Positions 47,980-55,540 of a stretch of DNA of 64,000 bases are shown piece after piece. A program made the position numbers and the translations under genes. Below the pieces are notes generated by a model, which was not told the DNA's origin, did no database searches, and saw only the letters and a program-made list of their open reading frames with translations. This stretch comes from an uncultured Acidobacteriota bacterium. Its GTDB lineage: Bacteria; Acidobacteriota; Vicinamibacteria; Vicinamibacterales; UBA2999. The stretch covers positions 8,329 to 72,328 of the forward strand of contig CADEFD010000004.1 of assembly GCA_902826515.1 (NCBI GenBank). Direction: 5' to 3'. Position 1 is the first letter of the stretch. Each line of letters starts with the position of its first letter.

Positions 47980-49467
47980 GTGGACATCCACATCAGGCTC
48001 GGCCGCCGCGGCGGACTGACCGAACAGATCTACCGGCAACTGTTCGCGGCGGTGCTCGATGGACGCCTGCGTGCGGGCGCGCGTCTGCCGCCGACCCGGG
48101 AGCTGGCGGTGCGGCTCGCCGTTTCCCGCAACACCGTGGCCCTGGCGTACGAGCGGCTCGTCGCGGAAGGTGTCGCCGAGGGCCGCGTCGGCGCCGGCAC
48201 CTACGTCGTCGATGCCTCGCCGCCACGCGTGGACGCGAGCCGCCGGCGTGCTCCGGTCGGCGCCGTCCATCCGCTGCCCGTCTGGCGCGCGATTGCCGTG
48301 CTTCCGCCGCGACGGGGGTCCGCGGTGCCGTACGATTTCCGGCCCGGCACGCCCGACAGTGCGCTCTTTCCCTTCACCGCATGGCGACGCCTCATGGCCG
48401 GCGCGCTACGCGAGTCGGCGCCCCGGTATGCGAGTGACGCGCATCCGGCGGGTCACGACGGGCTGCGCGCGGCCATCGCCCGACACGTGGGCGTATCGCG
48501 CGCCGTGAAGACCAATGCCGATGATGTCGTGGTGACACACGGCGCACAGCAGGCCTTCGACCTCATCGGCCGCGTGTTGCTGGCGCCGGGCACGGTCGTG
48601 GCCATGGAAGACCCCGGCTATCCGCGCGTGCGGCTGCTCTACCGCAGCCTCGGCGCCCGGCTCGCGGCTGTACCGGTGGACGACGAGGGCCTGGTGGTCG
48701 ATGCCATCCCCGCGACGGCGAAAGTGGTCTACGTGACCCCGTCACACCAGTTTCCGCTCGGTCGCGTGATGTCACTGCGGCGCCGGGCGGCGCTTCTGGC
48801 ATGGGCGGAGCGCCGCGGCGGCGTCATCATCGAGGACGACTACGACTCGGAATTCCGGTTCGGGGGACGCCCGCTCGACCCGTTGCAGAGTCTCGACCGC
48901 GCCGGCCGCGTGCTCTACGTCGGCTCGTTCTCCAAGGTGCTGCTGCCGGCGCTGCGCCTCGGCTTCGTCATCGCGCCGGCGTCGCTGCAGCCGGCGCTGC
49001 AGGCCGCCCGGCAGCTCACCGACTGGCACGGCGAACCGGCCGCGCAGGCGGCACTGGCCCGGTTCATCGACGAGGGCCTGCTGGCGCGGCACATCCGCGC
49101 GGTCACGCGACACTACGCGGCGCGCTACGCGCGCGTCACCGCTGGCATCGAGGCGCGGCTCTCGCACTGGCTGCGGGTGGTGCCGTCCGCCGCCGGCCTC
49201 CACGTGGCGGCCGAGCAGGTGGGACGGGCGCCCGATCTGGCGGACGTGATCGCGCGGGCCGGCAGCCGGGGCGTGGCGGCGGCCCGGCTTGCGGACTACG
49301 CCATGACAACGCCGGTGCACGACGGACTCGTGCTCGGATTCGGCGGGATCTCAGGCGACGCGATCGACGAGGGGCTGGCCCGGCTCGCGACCGCCTTCAC
49401 CGCGGCGTCGCGCTCATCCCCTGTTCGACATCGGCGCGGCAATGTGGAATCGTGCTCGGGGAGCTGA
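47980..49467 (+). CDS. MocR/GabR/PdxR-type transcriptional regulator (GntR wHTH plus aminotransferase-fold domain)
   Basis: 495 aa. PPTRELAVRLAVSRNTVALAYERLVAEG wHTH. Fold-type-I PLP domain with GSFSKVLLPALRLG (Lys site). Confidence 0.9.
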   Translation: MDIHIRLGRRGGLTEQIYRQLFAAVLDGRLRAGARLPPTRELAVRLAVSRNTVALAYERLVAEGVAEGRVGAGTYVVDASPPRVDASRRRAPVGAVHPLPVWRAIAVLPPRRGSAVPYDFRPGTPDSALFPFTAWRRLMAGALRESAPRYASDAHPAGHDGLRAAIARHVGVSRAVKTNADDVVVTHGAQQAFDLIGRVLLAPGTVVAMEDPGYPRVRLLYRSLGARLAAVPVDDEGLVVDAIPATAKVVYVTPSHQFPLGRVMSLRRRAALLAWAERRGGVIIEDDYDSEFRFGGRPLDPLQSLDRAGRVLYVGSFSKVLLPALRLGFVIAPASLQPALQAARQLTDWHGEPAAQAALARFIDEGLLARHIRAVTRHYAARYARVTAGIEARLSHWLRVVPSAAGLHVAAEQVGRAPDLADVIARAGSRGVAAARLADYAMTTPVHDGLVLGFGGISGDAIDEGLARLATAFTAASRSSPVRHRRGNVESCSGS

Positions 49468-49500
49468 CGAGCGCGGATGACGAACGCACGGGAATCGACG

Positions 49501-50439
49501 ATGCAGGTGGGTGTGATGGGCGCCGGCGCGGTGGGGACCTTCTTCGGCGCGATGCTGGCGAGATCGGGCGTGCCGGTCACGCTCGTGGGCCGCGAGCGTC
49601 ATGTGCGCGCCATCGAGTCCGCGGGGCTCGAGGTGACGAGCGGCGGACGTGTGGACCACGTCCGCATGGCCGCCTCGACCGACATGGCCGCACTCGCGAC
49701 GATGGACGCCGTGCTCGTGGCCGTGAAGTCCGTGGACACCGAGGCCGTCGCGCAGGATCTCTCGCGCGTCCTGCCGCCGGACACCCTCGTCGTGAGCCTG
49801 CAGAACGGCGTGGACAACGCCTGGCGGATGAGCGCGCACCTGCCGAATCCGGTCGTGCCGGCGGCCGTCTATGTGTCGGCCGAGATGCCGGGCGATGGCC
49901 GCCTGCGCCACAACGGCGGCGGGTCGATTGTGGCCGGGCGGCCGCTGCGCGCGGGCGTGGCGGATGATGCGGCCGGCTCCGCGCTCGACGCCCTCGTGGC
50001 GCACTTCGTCGCGGCCGGCGTGCCGTGCCGCGTGTCAGACGACATCCGCGTGGATCTCTGGACCAAGCTCACCGCCAACTGCGCCTACAACGCCATCTCG
50101 GCGCTGTCGCAGCTGCGCTATCGCCACATCGCGGCCAACGATGGCACCCGCGACGTGATGCGCATGGTCACGGAAGAGAACGCAGCGGTAGCGGCGGCCG
50201 AAGGGGTGCCGGTGAGTGTCGAAGCGCTCGCTCTCGCCGTGCGCAAGATCGTCGAGGCGATGCCCGAGGCGCTCTCGTCCACCGCGCAGGATCTGGCCCT
50301 CCGCCGTCCCACCGAAATCGACTCGCTCAACGGGTTCGTCGTGCGGCGCGGCCAGGCACTCGGCGTGCCGACGCCCGTGAACCGCACCCTCCAGGCGCTC
50401 GTGGGCCTCGTCGAGCAGTCGCAGCGCACGCCGGCATAG
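49501..50439 (+). CDS. 2-dehydropantoate 2-reductase-like (ApbA/PanE family) oxidoreductase
   Basis: MQVGVMGAGAVGTFFGAMLARSG Rossmann start. ATG 49477 in the ORF track is an alternative start. Confidence 0.85.
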   Translation: MQVGVMGAGAVGTFFGAMLARSGVPVTLVGRERHVRAIESAGLEVTSGGRVDHVRMAASTDMAALATMDAVLVAVKSVDTEAVAQDLSRVLPPDTLVVSLQNGVDNAWRMSAHLPNPVVPAAVYVSAEMPGDGRLRHNGGGSIVAGRPLRAGVADDAAGSALDALVAHFVAAGVPCRVSDDIRVDLWTKLTANCAYNAISALSQLRYRHIAANDGTRDVMRMVTEENAAVAAAEGVPVSVEALALAVRKIVEAMPEALSSTAQDLALRRPTEIDSLNGFVVRRGQALGVPTPVNRTLQALVGLVEQSQRTPA

Positions 50440-50472
50440 CGCCGGCGGGGCGCGGTCAGGTACGGTAGAGCG

Positions 50473-51225
50473 ATGAGCGATCAGGTGGTGGTGATTACCG
50501 GCGCGAGCAGTGGCATCGGCGCGGCCGTGGCCGAAAGGCTGTCGCGCGACGGCATGGCGGTGGCACTCGTGGCGCGGCGCGCCGAGGCGCTGGCGGACGT
50601 CGCGGCACGCTGCGGCGCGCAGGCGCTCGCGATCGCGGCCGACATGACCGTGCGGGCGGAGGCGGAGCGCGCGGCGGCTGACGCGATCGCGCGCTTCGGG
50701 CACATCGACGTGTGGATCAACAACGTGGGCCGCGGTATCTCGCGACCGGCCACCACGCTCACGGACGACGACATCGACGAGATGATCCGCGTGAACGTGA
50801 AGTCCGCGCTCTACGGCATGCAGGCGGTGCTGCCGCACTTCACGGCGCGCGGTCGCGGCCACCTCATCAACGTGTCGTCGGTGCTGGGCCGCATGCCGAT
50901 GGCGCACTTCCGCTCGGCCTACAACGGCGCCAAACACTTCCTGAACGCGCTCACGGCGAACGTGCGCGAAGAGCTGGCGGCGTCCCATCCGGGCGTCGCG
51001 GTGTCGCTCGTGTCGCCCGGCGTCGTGCGGACCGAGTTCGGCGTGAACGCCGTGCACGGCGGTCCCGATTCACGCACGCTGCCGAACTCGCAGAGCGCGG
51101 AGGAGGTGGCCGAGGTCATCGCCGGCGTCATCACCTCGCGCGCGCCGGATGTCTACACGCGCGCCGGGGTGAAGCACATGGTGCTCGGGTATCTGGACCA
51201 GCTCACGGCCGACCCGCCGGCGTGA
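50473..51225 (+). CDS. SDR family oxidoreductase
   Basis: 250 aa. VITGASSGIG, NNVG, SAYNGAKH (YxxxK). Confidence 0.92.
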   Translation: MSDQVVVITGASSGIGAAVAERLSRDGMAVALVARRAEALADVAARCGAQALAIAADMTVRAEAERAAADAIARFGHIDVWINNVGRGISRPATTLTDDDIDEMIRVNVKSALYGMQAVLPHFTARGRGHLINVSSVLGRMPMAHFRSAYNGAKHFLNALTANVREELAASHPGVAVSLVSPGVVRTEFGVNAVHGGPDSRTLPNSQSAEEVAEVIAGVITSRAPDVYTRAGVKHMVLGYLDQLTADPPA

Positions 51226-51259
51226 TCCGGCGCAGGCGGCACCCGTCCCCGCGAGACGT

Positions 51260-51553
51260 CTAGCTGCCGCCGGCCTTGCGGGGCGTGGTGGAGCGCGGCA
51301 CGAAGCCGCGGGACGTGGCGTTGCGCCACGGCTGCGCGGTCTGATGTTTCGGCGCGCGCGGCGGCGCGGCGGCTTCGACACCCTCGGCGCCCTCGACCGG
51401 CACGGCCGTGGCCGCGGCGACCTCGGCGGCCACCTTGCGGGCGGCGGCGGCGAGCGTCTCGTCCTTCGCGAGGCAGCACTGCTTGTATTTGCGGCCGGAG
51501 CCGCAGGGGCAGGGCTCATTGCGCCCCGGGCGAGCACTCGTCGGAGCGTTCAT
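51260..51553 (-). CDS. SEC-C motif-containing small protein
   Basis: 97 aa. N-terminal [18 protein letters not shown] zinc-binding SEC-C motif followed by a low-complexity Ala/Pro-rich tail. Confidence 0.7.
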   Translation of the reverse strand: MNAPTSARPGRNEPCPCGSGRKYKQCCLAKDETLAAAARKVAAEVAAATAVPVEGAEGVEAAAPPRAPKHQTAQPWRNATSRGFVPRSTTPRKAGGS

Positions 51554-51621
51554 CTGACCAGTGTACTGCCTGCGTCGTGTGCGTGCCGGCGGAACGACAG
51601 TGGCGCGGGCGGCCCGATCCG

Positions 51622-52902
51622 TCAGTAGGCGACGAGCGCGTCTTCAAAGAGCCGGGCCAGATCGTCGGGCCCGGCTGGGCGCGGCGAGAGCTTCGTCACG
51701 CGGTGCTGGGGCAGCGTGCCTTCGACGAGCGCCGGGATGTCACTGGTGGAATACCCCACGGCCCGCAGCCCGTTCGGCACCTTCAGCCGATCCATGAACC
51801 AGGTGATGCGGTCAGCGAGCACGCGGCCGGCATCCGCCTCGCGGACGTTCGCGATGTCCACGCCGAGCGCCTCGGCGGCCTCGAGGTGCCGCGCCGGACT
51901 GGCCGACGCGGTGAAGCGGAACACCGCCGGCGCGTTCAGGATGACCGACATCCCGTGCGGCACGATGGCGTGGTCCGCCGCATACCCTGGAGCGCGGTAG
52001 TCGCGCACATGCCCGGAGACGGGATACGACATGCCGTGCGGCAGGTGCACGCCGGCGTTGCCGAAGCCCACGCCCGCGTACGACGCGGCGAGGATCATCT
52101 CCGCGCGGGCCTCGTCGTTGCCGGGGTCTTCGACCGCGCGCACGAGTGAACGCGCCACCATGCGGAGCGCCTGCAGCGACCACACGTCGCTGATCGGATT
52201 CGACCCCTGATACGCAGGACGCACCGTCGGGCGATCCGGACGCGGCCGCGCCGTGTACGGTACGGCGGTGAAAGATTCGATTGCGTGGCTGAGGATGTCG
52301 AGTCCGCTCGAGGCGGCCACGGTGGCCGGCATCGTGCGCGTGTTATCGGGGTCGAGCAGACCGAGCGTCGGCTTCAGCCGTCGGCTGGCGATGCCGGTCT
52401 TCGCGTGCATCCCCGTGAGGTCGAAGATGCTGACGCCCGTGGTCTCGCTGCCCGTGCCGGCGGTGGTGGGGATGGCGATGAGCGGCTTGAGCGGCCCGGG
52501 CACCGGCAGCGCCTTGCCGATCGGCGCGTTGACGTAGTCGAGGAAATCGGCCGGCGGGTAGGTGGTGTAGAGATTCACCGCCTTCGCCGTGTCGATGACC
52601 GAGCCGCCCCCCACGGCGACGATGCCGTCGATGTCCCGCCCGGTGGCGAACGTGATGGCGTCGTGGAACGAGACGTCCGTCGGCTCGACCCGCACGCGGT
52701 CGTAGACCACGGCGTCGATGCCGGCGGCAGCGAGGGCGTCGAGCACGATCGCCATCGGCGGCAGGCCCGCCACGACCGCGTCGGTCACCACGAGCGCGCG
52801 GCGCACGCCGAGATCCAGAAGGTCCTGACCCACTTCGCGCGTCACCCCGGCGCCGAAGCGCACGTTGGAGGCCGCCATCTCGAACGCGTACTCGTGCTGC
52901 AT
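51622..52902 (-). CDS. Iron-containing alcohol dehydrogenase, hydroxyacid-oxoacid transhydrogenase (ADHFE1/HOT)-like
   Basis: Start ATG 52902. [22 protein letters not shown] closely mirrors the HOT N-terminus. [10 protein letters not shown] and a His-rich metal site (HLPHGMS...HAIVPHG). Confidence 0.9.
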   Translation of the reverse strand: MQHEYAFEMAASNVRFGAGVTREVGQDLLDLGVRRALVVTDAVVAGLPPMAIVLDALAAAGIDAVVYDRVRVEPTDVSFHDAITFATGRDIDGIVAVGGGSVIDTAKAVNLYTTYPPADFLDYVNAPIGKALPVPGPLKPLIAIPTTAGTGSETTGVSIFDLTGMHAKTGIASRRLKPTLGLLDPDNTRTMPATVAASSGLDILSHAIESFTAVPYTARPRPDRPTVRPAYQGSNPISDVWSLQALRMVARSLVRAVEDPGNDEARAEMILAASYAGVGFGNAGVHLPHGMSYPVSGHVRDYRAPGYAADHAIVPHGMSVILNAPAVFRFTASASPARHLEAAEALGVDIANVREADAGRVLADRITWFMDRLKVPNGLRAVGYSTSDIPALVEGTLPQHRVTKLSPRPAGPDDLARLFEDALVAY

Positions 52903-52912
52903 GCGCGGCAGT

Positions 52913-52930
52913 CTATCGGGGTCTGACCCC
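52913..52930. repeat. CTATCGGGGTCTGACCCC element, copy 1 (contains palindrome GGGGTC-T-GACCCC)
   Basis: Read directly from the sequence, in the divergent intergenic region between the HOT-like and MetX-like genes. Confidence 0.8.
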
Positions 52931-52948
52931 GTTGGCACGAAATCGGCG

Positions 52949-52966
52949 CTATCGGGGTCAGACCCC
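52949..52966. repeat. CTATCGGGGTCAGACCCC element, copy 2
   Basis: Identical to copy 1 except for the central base, 36 bp downstream. It overlaps the -35 region of the putative promoter at 52979. Confidence 0.8.
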
Positions 52967-52978
52967 TTACGGAAAGCG

Positions 52979-52984
52979 TAATAT
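52979..52984 (+). promoter_or_regulatory. -10-like TAATAT hexamer 7 nt upstream of ATG 52992
   Basis: AT-rich hexamer in GC-rich DNA. No Shine-Dalgarno between it and the start codon. Confidence 0.35.
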
Positions 52985-52991
52985 CCAGCAC

Positions 52992-54080
52992 ATGCCGACT
53001 TCCGCCTGGATCGCTGCCGTGCTCGCGCTCGCCGGCACCGGCGTGGTGCTCTCCGCGCAGGCGCCCGCGCCGCCCACGGACGCCAATCGCCGGCTGCTGC
53101 CGCTCGCGAACTTCCGGCTCGAGAGCGGCGCGGTGCTGCCCGTGGCGCAGGTGGCCTACGCCACCTTCGGCACGCTGAACGCCGCGAAGGACAACGCCGT
53201 GCTCGTGCCGTCGTACTACGGCGCCGACTACCACGGCTACGACTTCCTCATCGGCCCTGGCAAGGCGCTCGATCCGTCGCGGTTCTTCATCGTGGCCACA
53301 GAGATGTTCGGCAACGGCTACTCGTCGTCGCCGAGCAACACCGCGGCGCCGATGTCCGGCCCGGACTTCCCGGCAGTTTCAATCCGCGACAACGTCGAAG
53401 CCTCGCGACGCGTGCTCGCGCACCTCGGGGTGACCCACGTCCGCGCGGTGCTCGGGTTCTCGATGGGCGCCGAGCAGGCGTTCCAGTGGGCCGTCTCGCA
53501 CCCGACGTTCATGGACGGCATCGTGCCGTGGTGCGGCACGGCGAAGACCTATCCGCACGGTGTCGTGCGGCTCGAAAGTGCCATTCGCGCGCTCACCGCC
53601 GATCCCGCGTTCGACAACGGCCGCTATACAACGCCGCCGAAGGCCGGCATGGCGGCGTGGTCCACGCACTGGGCCGCCTGGGTGTGGTCGCAGGAATGGT
53701 GGCGGCGCGAGCTCTTCAAGCCGCAGTCGGCCACGGTGGAAGAGGCCCTCGCGGCGCGGATCGCCCGCGACGCCGTGCGTGATCCGAACAACCTCATCCT
53801 GCATGCGCGCACGTGGCAGAGACACAACGTGGGCGACACGCCTGGCTTCGGCGGCGACCACGAGAAGGCGCTGCGTTCGATCACCGCGAAGGTGCTCCAC
53901 ATGCCGTGCGAGACCGACCTCTACTTCCCGATCGGCGACGCGCGCTACGAACAGCAGTTCCTGACGACCTCCACCTTCATGCCGATCCCCTCGCTCTGGG
54001 GCCACTCGGCGGGCGGCGGCGGCAATCCCGCCGACGCGGCGTTCCTCAACGAGCAGATCGCCCGGTTCCTGGCCCGCTAG
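52992..54080 (+). CDS. Alpha/beta hydrolase, homoserine O-acetyltransferase (MetX)-like, with signal peptide
   Basis: Start ATG 52992. MPTSAWIAAVLALAGTGVVLSAQA leader, LESGAVLPVAQVAYATFGTLN, GFSMGAEQAFQW nucleophile elbow. Confidence 0.85.
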   Translation: MPTSAWIAAVLALAGTGVVLSAQAPAPPTDANRRLLPLANFRLESGAVLPVAQVAYATFGTLNAAKDNAVLVPSYYGADYHGYDFLIGPGKALDPSRFFIVATEMFGNGYSSSPSNTAAPMSGPDFPAVSIRDNVEASRRVLAHLGVTHVRAVLGFSMGAEQAFQWAVSHPTFMDGIVPWCGTAKTYPHGVVRLESAIRALTADPAFDNGRYTTPPKAGMAAWSTHWAAWVWSQEWWRRELFKPQSATVEEALAARIARDAVRDPNNLILHARTWQRHNVGDTPGFGGDHEKALRSITAKVLHMPCETDLYFPIGDARYEQQFLTTSTFMPIPSLWGHSAGGGGNPADAAFLNEQIARFLAR

Positions 54081-54529
54081 ACGCCCGGGCCGGCGCCGAT
54101 GACGCGCAGCGAGTCCTTCGAGGCACCCACGACCGCGCCCACGTTGATCGCCTTGTCGAACGTGGCCAGGCGTCCGCCCATGCGCACGGCGAGCGCCAGC
54201 AGGTAGACGTCGGTCACCTGCCGCTGCCCGCGGATGTACGACGGGCGGATGAGTTCGAGGTCGGTCATCGACACCTGGTCGTGCCAGAAGTGGTGGTGCC
54301 CACTCGCCCGGAAGAGGCGGAGCCGCGCCGCAATCGCCTCCGGACGCGTGACCGTGCCGTCGTAGGCCGGGTGCGTCATGACGCGCAGGAACGTGTTCTC
54401 GGTCGTGGGACACGTGGCCCAGCCGTTCGCCCGTTCGGCGCCGAACCACTCGTGCGCCAGGTCGTGGTGCACGTGGTCGGGGTCGAAGAGCGCCACGAGC
54501 ACGTTCACGTCGAGCAGGTGGACGCTCAC
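54077..54529 (-). CDS. vapC: PIN-domain toxin (VapC family)
   Basis: 150 aa. HLLDVNVLVAL... PIN acidic-residue pattern. ATGA-type overlap with the upstream antitoxin. The 3' end overlaps the convergent MetX-like stop by 4 nt. Confidence 0.88.
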   Translation of the reverse strand: MSVHLLDVNVLVALFDPDHVHHDLAHEWFGAERANGWATCPTTENTFLRVMTHPAYDGTVTRPEAIAARLRLFRASGHHHFWHDQVSMTDLELIRPSYIRGQRQVTDVYLLALAVRMGGRLATFDKAINVGAVVGASKDSLRVIGAGPGV

Positions 54530-54759
54530 GGTTCGTCCCGCAGCCGGTTGACCTGGTGCATCGTGACCCGCGGCGCGCCGGCGGCCCGGGGCGACAGCAC
54601 CGGCACCCCGTTCCGGGTGGTCGGCGGACCCGATGCCGCCGGGGTCAGACCCCGCCGCGCCAGCTCGGACAGCACCTTTCCGGCCGTGGTCCCCTGGGCC
54701 GCCGCCAGTTCCTTGGCGGCCAGCAGCACGTCGTCGTCTATGTCGAGCGTCGTCCGCAT
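54526..54759 (-). CDS. vapB: VapB-type antitoxin
   Basis: MRTTLDIDDDVLLAAKELAAAQG... is a typical antitoxin N-terminus. Alternative starts at ATG 54780 and TTG 54783. Confidence 0.8.
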   Translation of the reverse strand: MRTTLDIDDDVLLAAKELAAAQGTTAGKVLSELARRGLTPAASGPPTTRNGVPVLSPRAAGAPRVTMHQVNRLRDEP

Positions 54760-54838
54760 GGTCAGCGCATCATCTCGCATCAATCATCACGCATCAAGCT
54801 CCCTAAGACCCGCGGCATGAGGCCTGGAGCGCCGGATC

Positions 54839-54867
54839 TTGACGATTGTCTGTGCGATGTGCACAGT
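54839..54867 (+). promoter_or_regulatory. Putative promoter TTGACG-17 nt-CACAGT with embedded inverted repeat CTGTGC-GATGT-GCACAG (54850-54866)
   Basis: Read directly from the sequence. The -10-like hexamer ends 6 nt before ATG 54874. The palindrome spanning the spacer and -10 is a plausible autoregulatory operator. Confidence 0.4.
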
Positions 54868-54873
54868 GAACAG

Positions 54874-55122
54874 ATGGCTGTCCGCACGATCTCTCTCAAG
54901 ACAGAAGCGTACGAGCGGCTCAAGGCCGCGCGGCGCTATCCCACCGAGTCGTTCAGTGAGGTCGTGCTCCGCGCGACCTGGCCGGAAGACACGATCACGG
55001 CGGGTGGCCTGCTGGCCCTGCTCCGGACGTCTCCTCCGTGGCTGACCGACGACGAACTGGCCGCGGTCGAGACGGCGAAGGCCGCCGATGCCCCGCCGGA
55101 GGACAAATGGGCCGGACGCTGA
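54874..55122 (+). CDS. Putative antitoxin (VapB/DUF217-like) of the second PIN pair
   Basis: 82 aa. MAVRTISLKTEAYERLKAARRYPTESFSEVV. Overlaps the downstream PIN gene by 16 nt. Confidence 0.75.
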   Translation: MAVRTISLKTEAYERLKAARRYPTESFSEVVLRATWPEDTITAGGLLALLRTSPPWLTDDELAAVETAKAADAPPEDKWAGR

Positions 55123-55505
55123 TTCTCGAAACGACGTTCCTCACCGATCTCGAGCGGGAGCATCGTCAGGGCGTCCCCACCGGCGCCATCGACTTCCTCA
55201 CGCGGATGGAGGGCGCGCGCCTGTACCTCCCGGCGATCGTGGCCGGCGAACTCGCGGCCGGCGTGTCCCTGGCGAATCGGAGCCGCTGGGAGGCGTTCCT
55301 GGCGCCGTTCTTTCTGCTGCCGGTCACCCCGGACGTGGCGTGGGAGTTCGGACGCGCCTCGCGCCACCTGCGCGGCGTGGGGCAACTCATTGGCACGAAC
55401 GACCTGTGGATTGCCGCCACCGCGCTCGCGCACCGCATGCCGGTCGTCACCCGCAACGTCGAACACTTCCGGCGCGTGCCGCATCTCGAGGTCGAGACGT
55501 ACTGA
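55107..55505 (+). CDS. vapC: PIN-domain toxin (VapC family)
   Basis: 132 aa. LILETTFLTDLERE..., GTNDLWIAATALAH, VVTRNVEHFRRVP. Confidence 0.85.
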   Translation: MGRTLILETTFLTDLEREHRQGVPTGAIDFLTRMEGARLYLPAIVAGELAAGVSLANRSRWEAFLAPFFLLPVTPDVAWEFGRASRHLRGVGQLIGTNDLWIAATALAHRMPVVTRNVEHFRRVPHLEVETY

Positions 55506-55540
55506 CCGGGCGCGCCGCGGTGCCGACGTAGAATGCGCGC

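Noticed and set aside
54641-54653. Third copy of GGGGTCAGACCCC inside the VapB coding sequence as evidence of a mobile palindromic element
   Set aside because: It lies in frame in a coding region (RGLTP) and lacks the CTATC flank of the intergenic copies. It could be coincidence. It is mentioned under the repeat finding but not called as an element.
54077-55505. The twin toxin-antitoxin locus as a defence island or mobile element
   Set aside because: I saw no integrase, transposase, tRNA target, flanking direct repeats or additional defence genes. Only the two TA pairs are supported.
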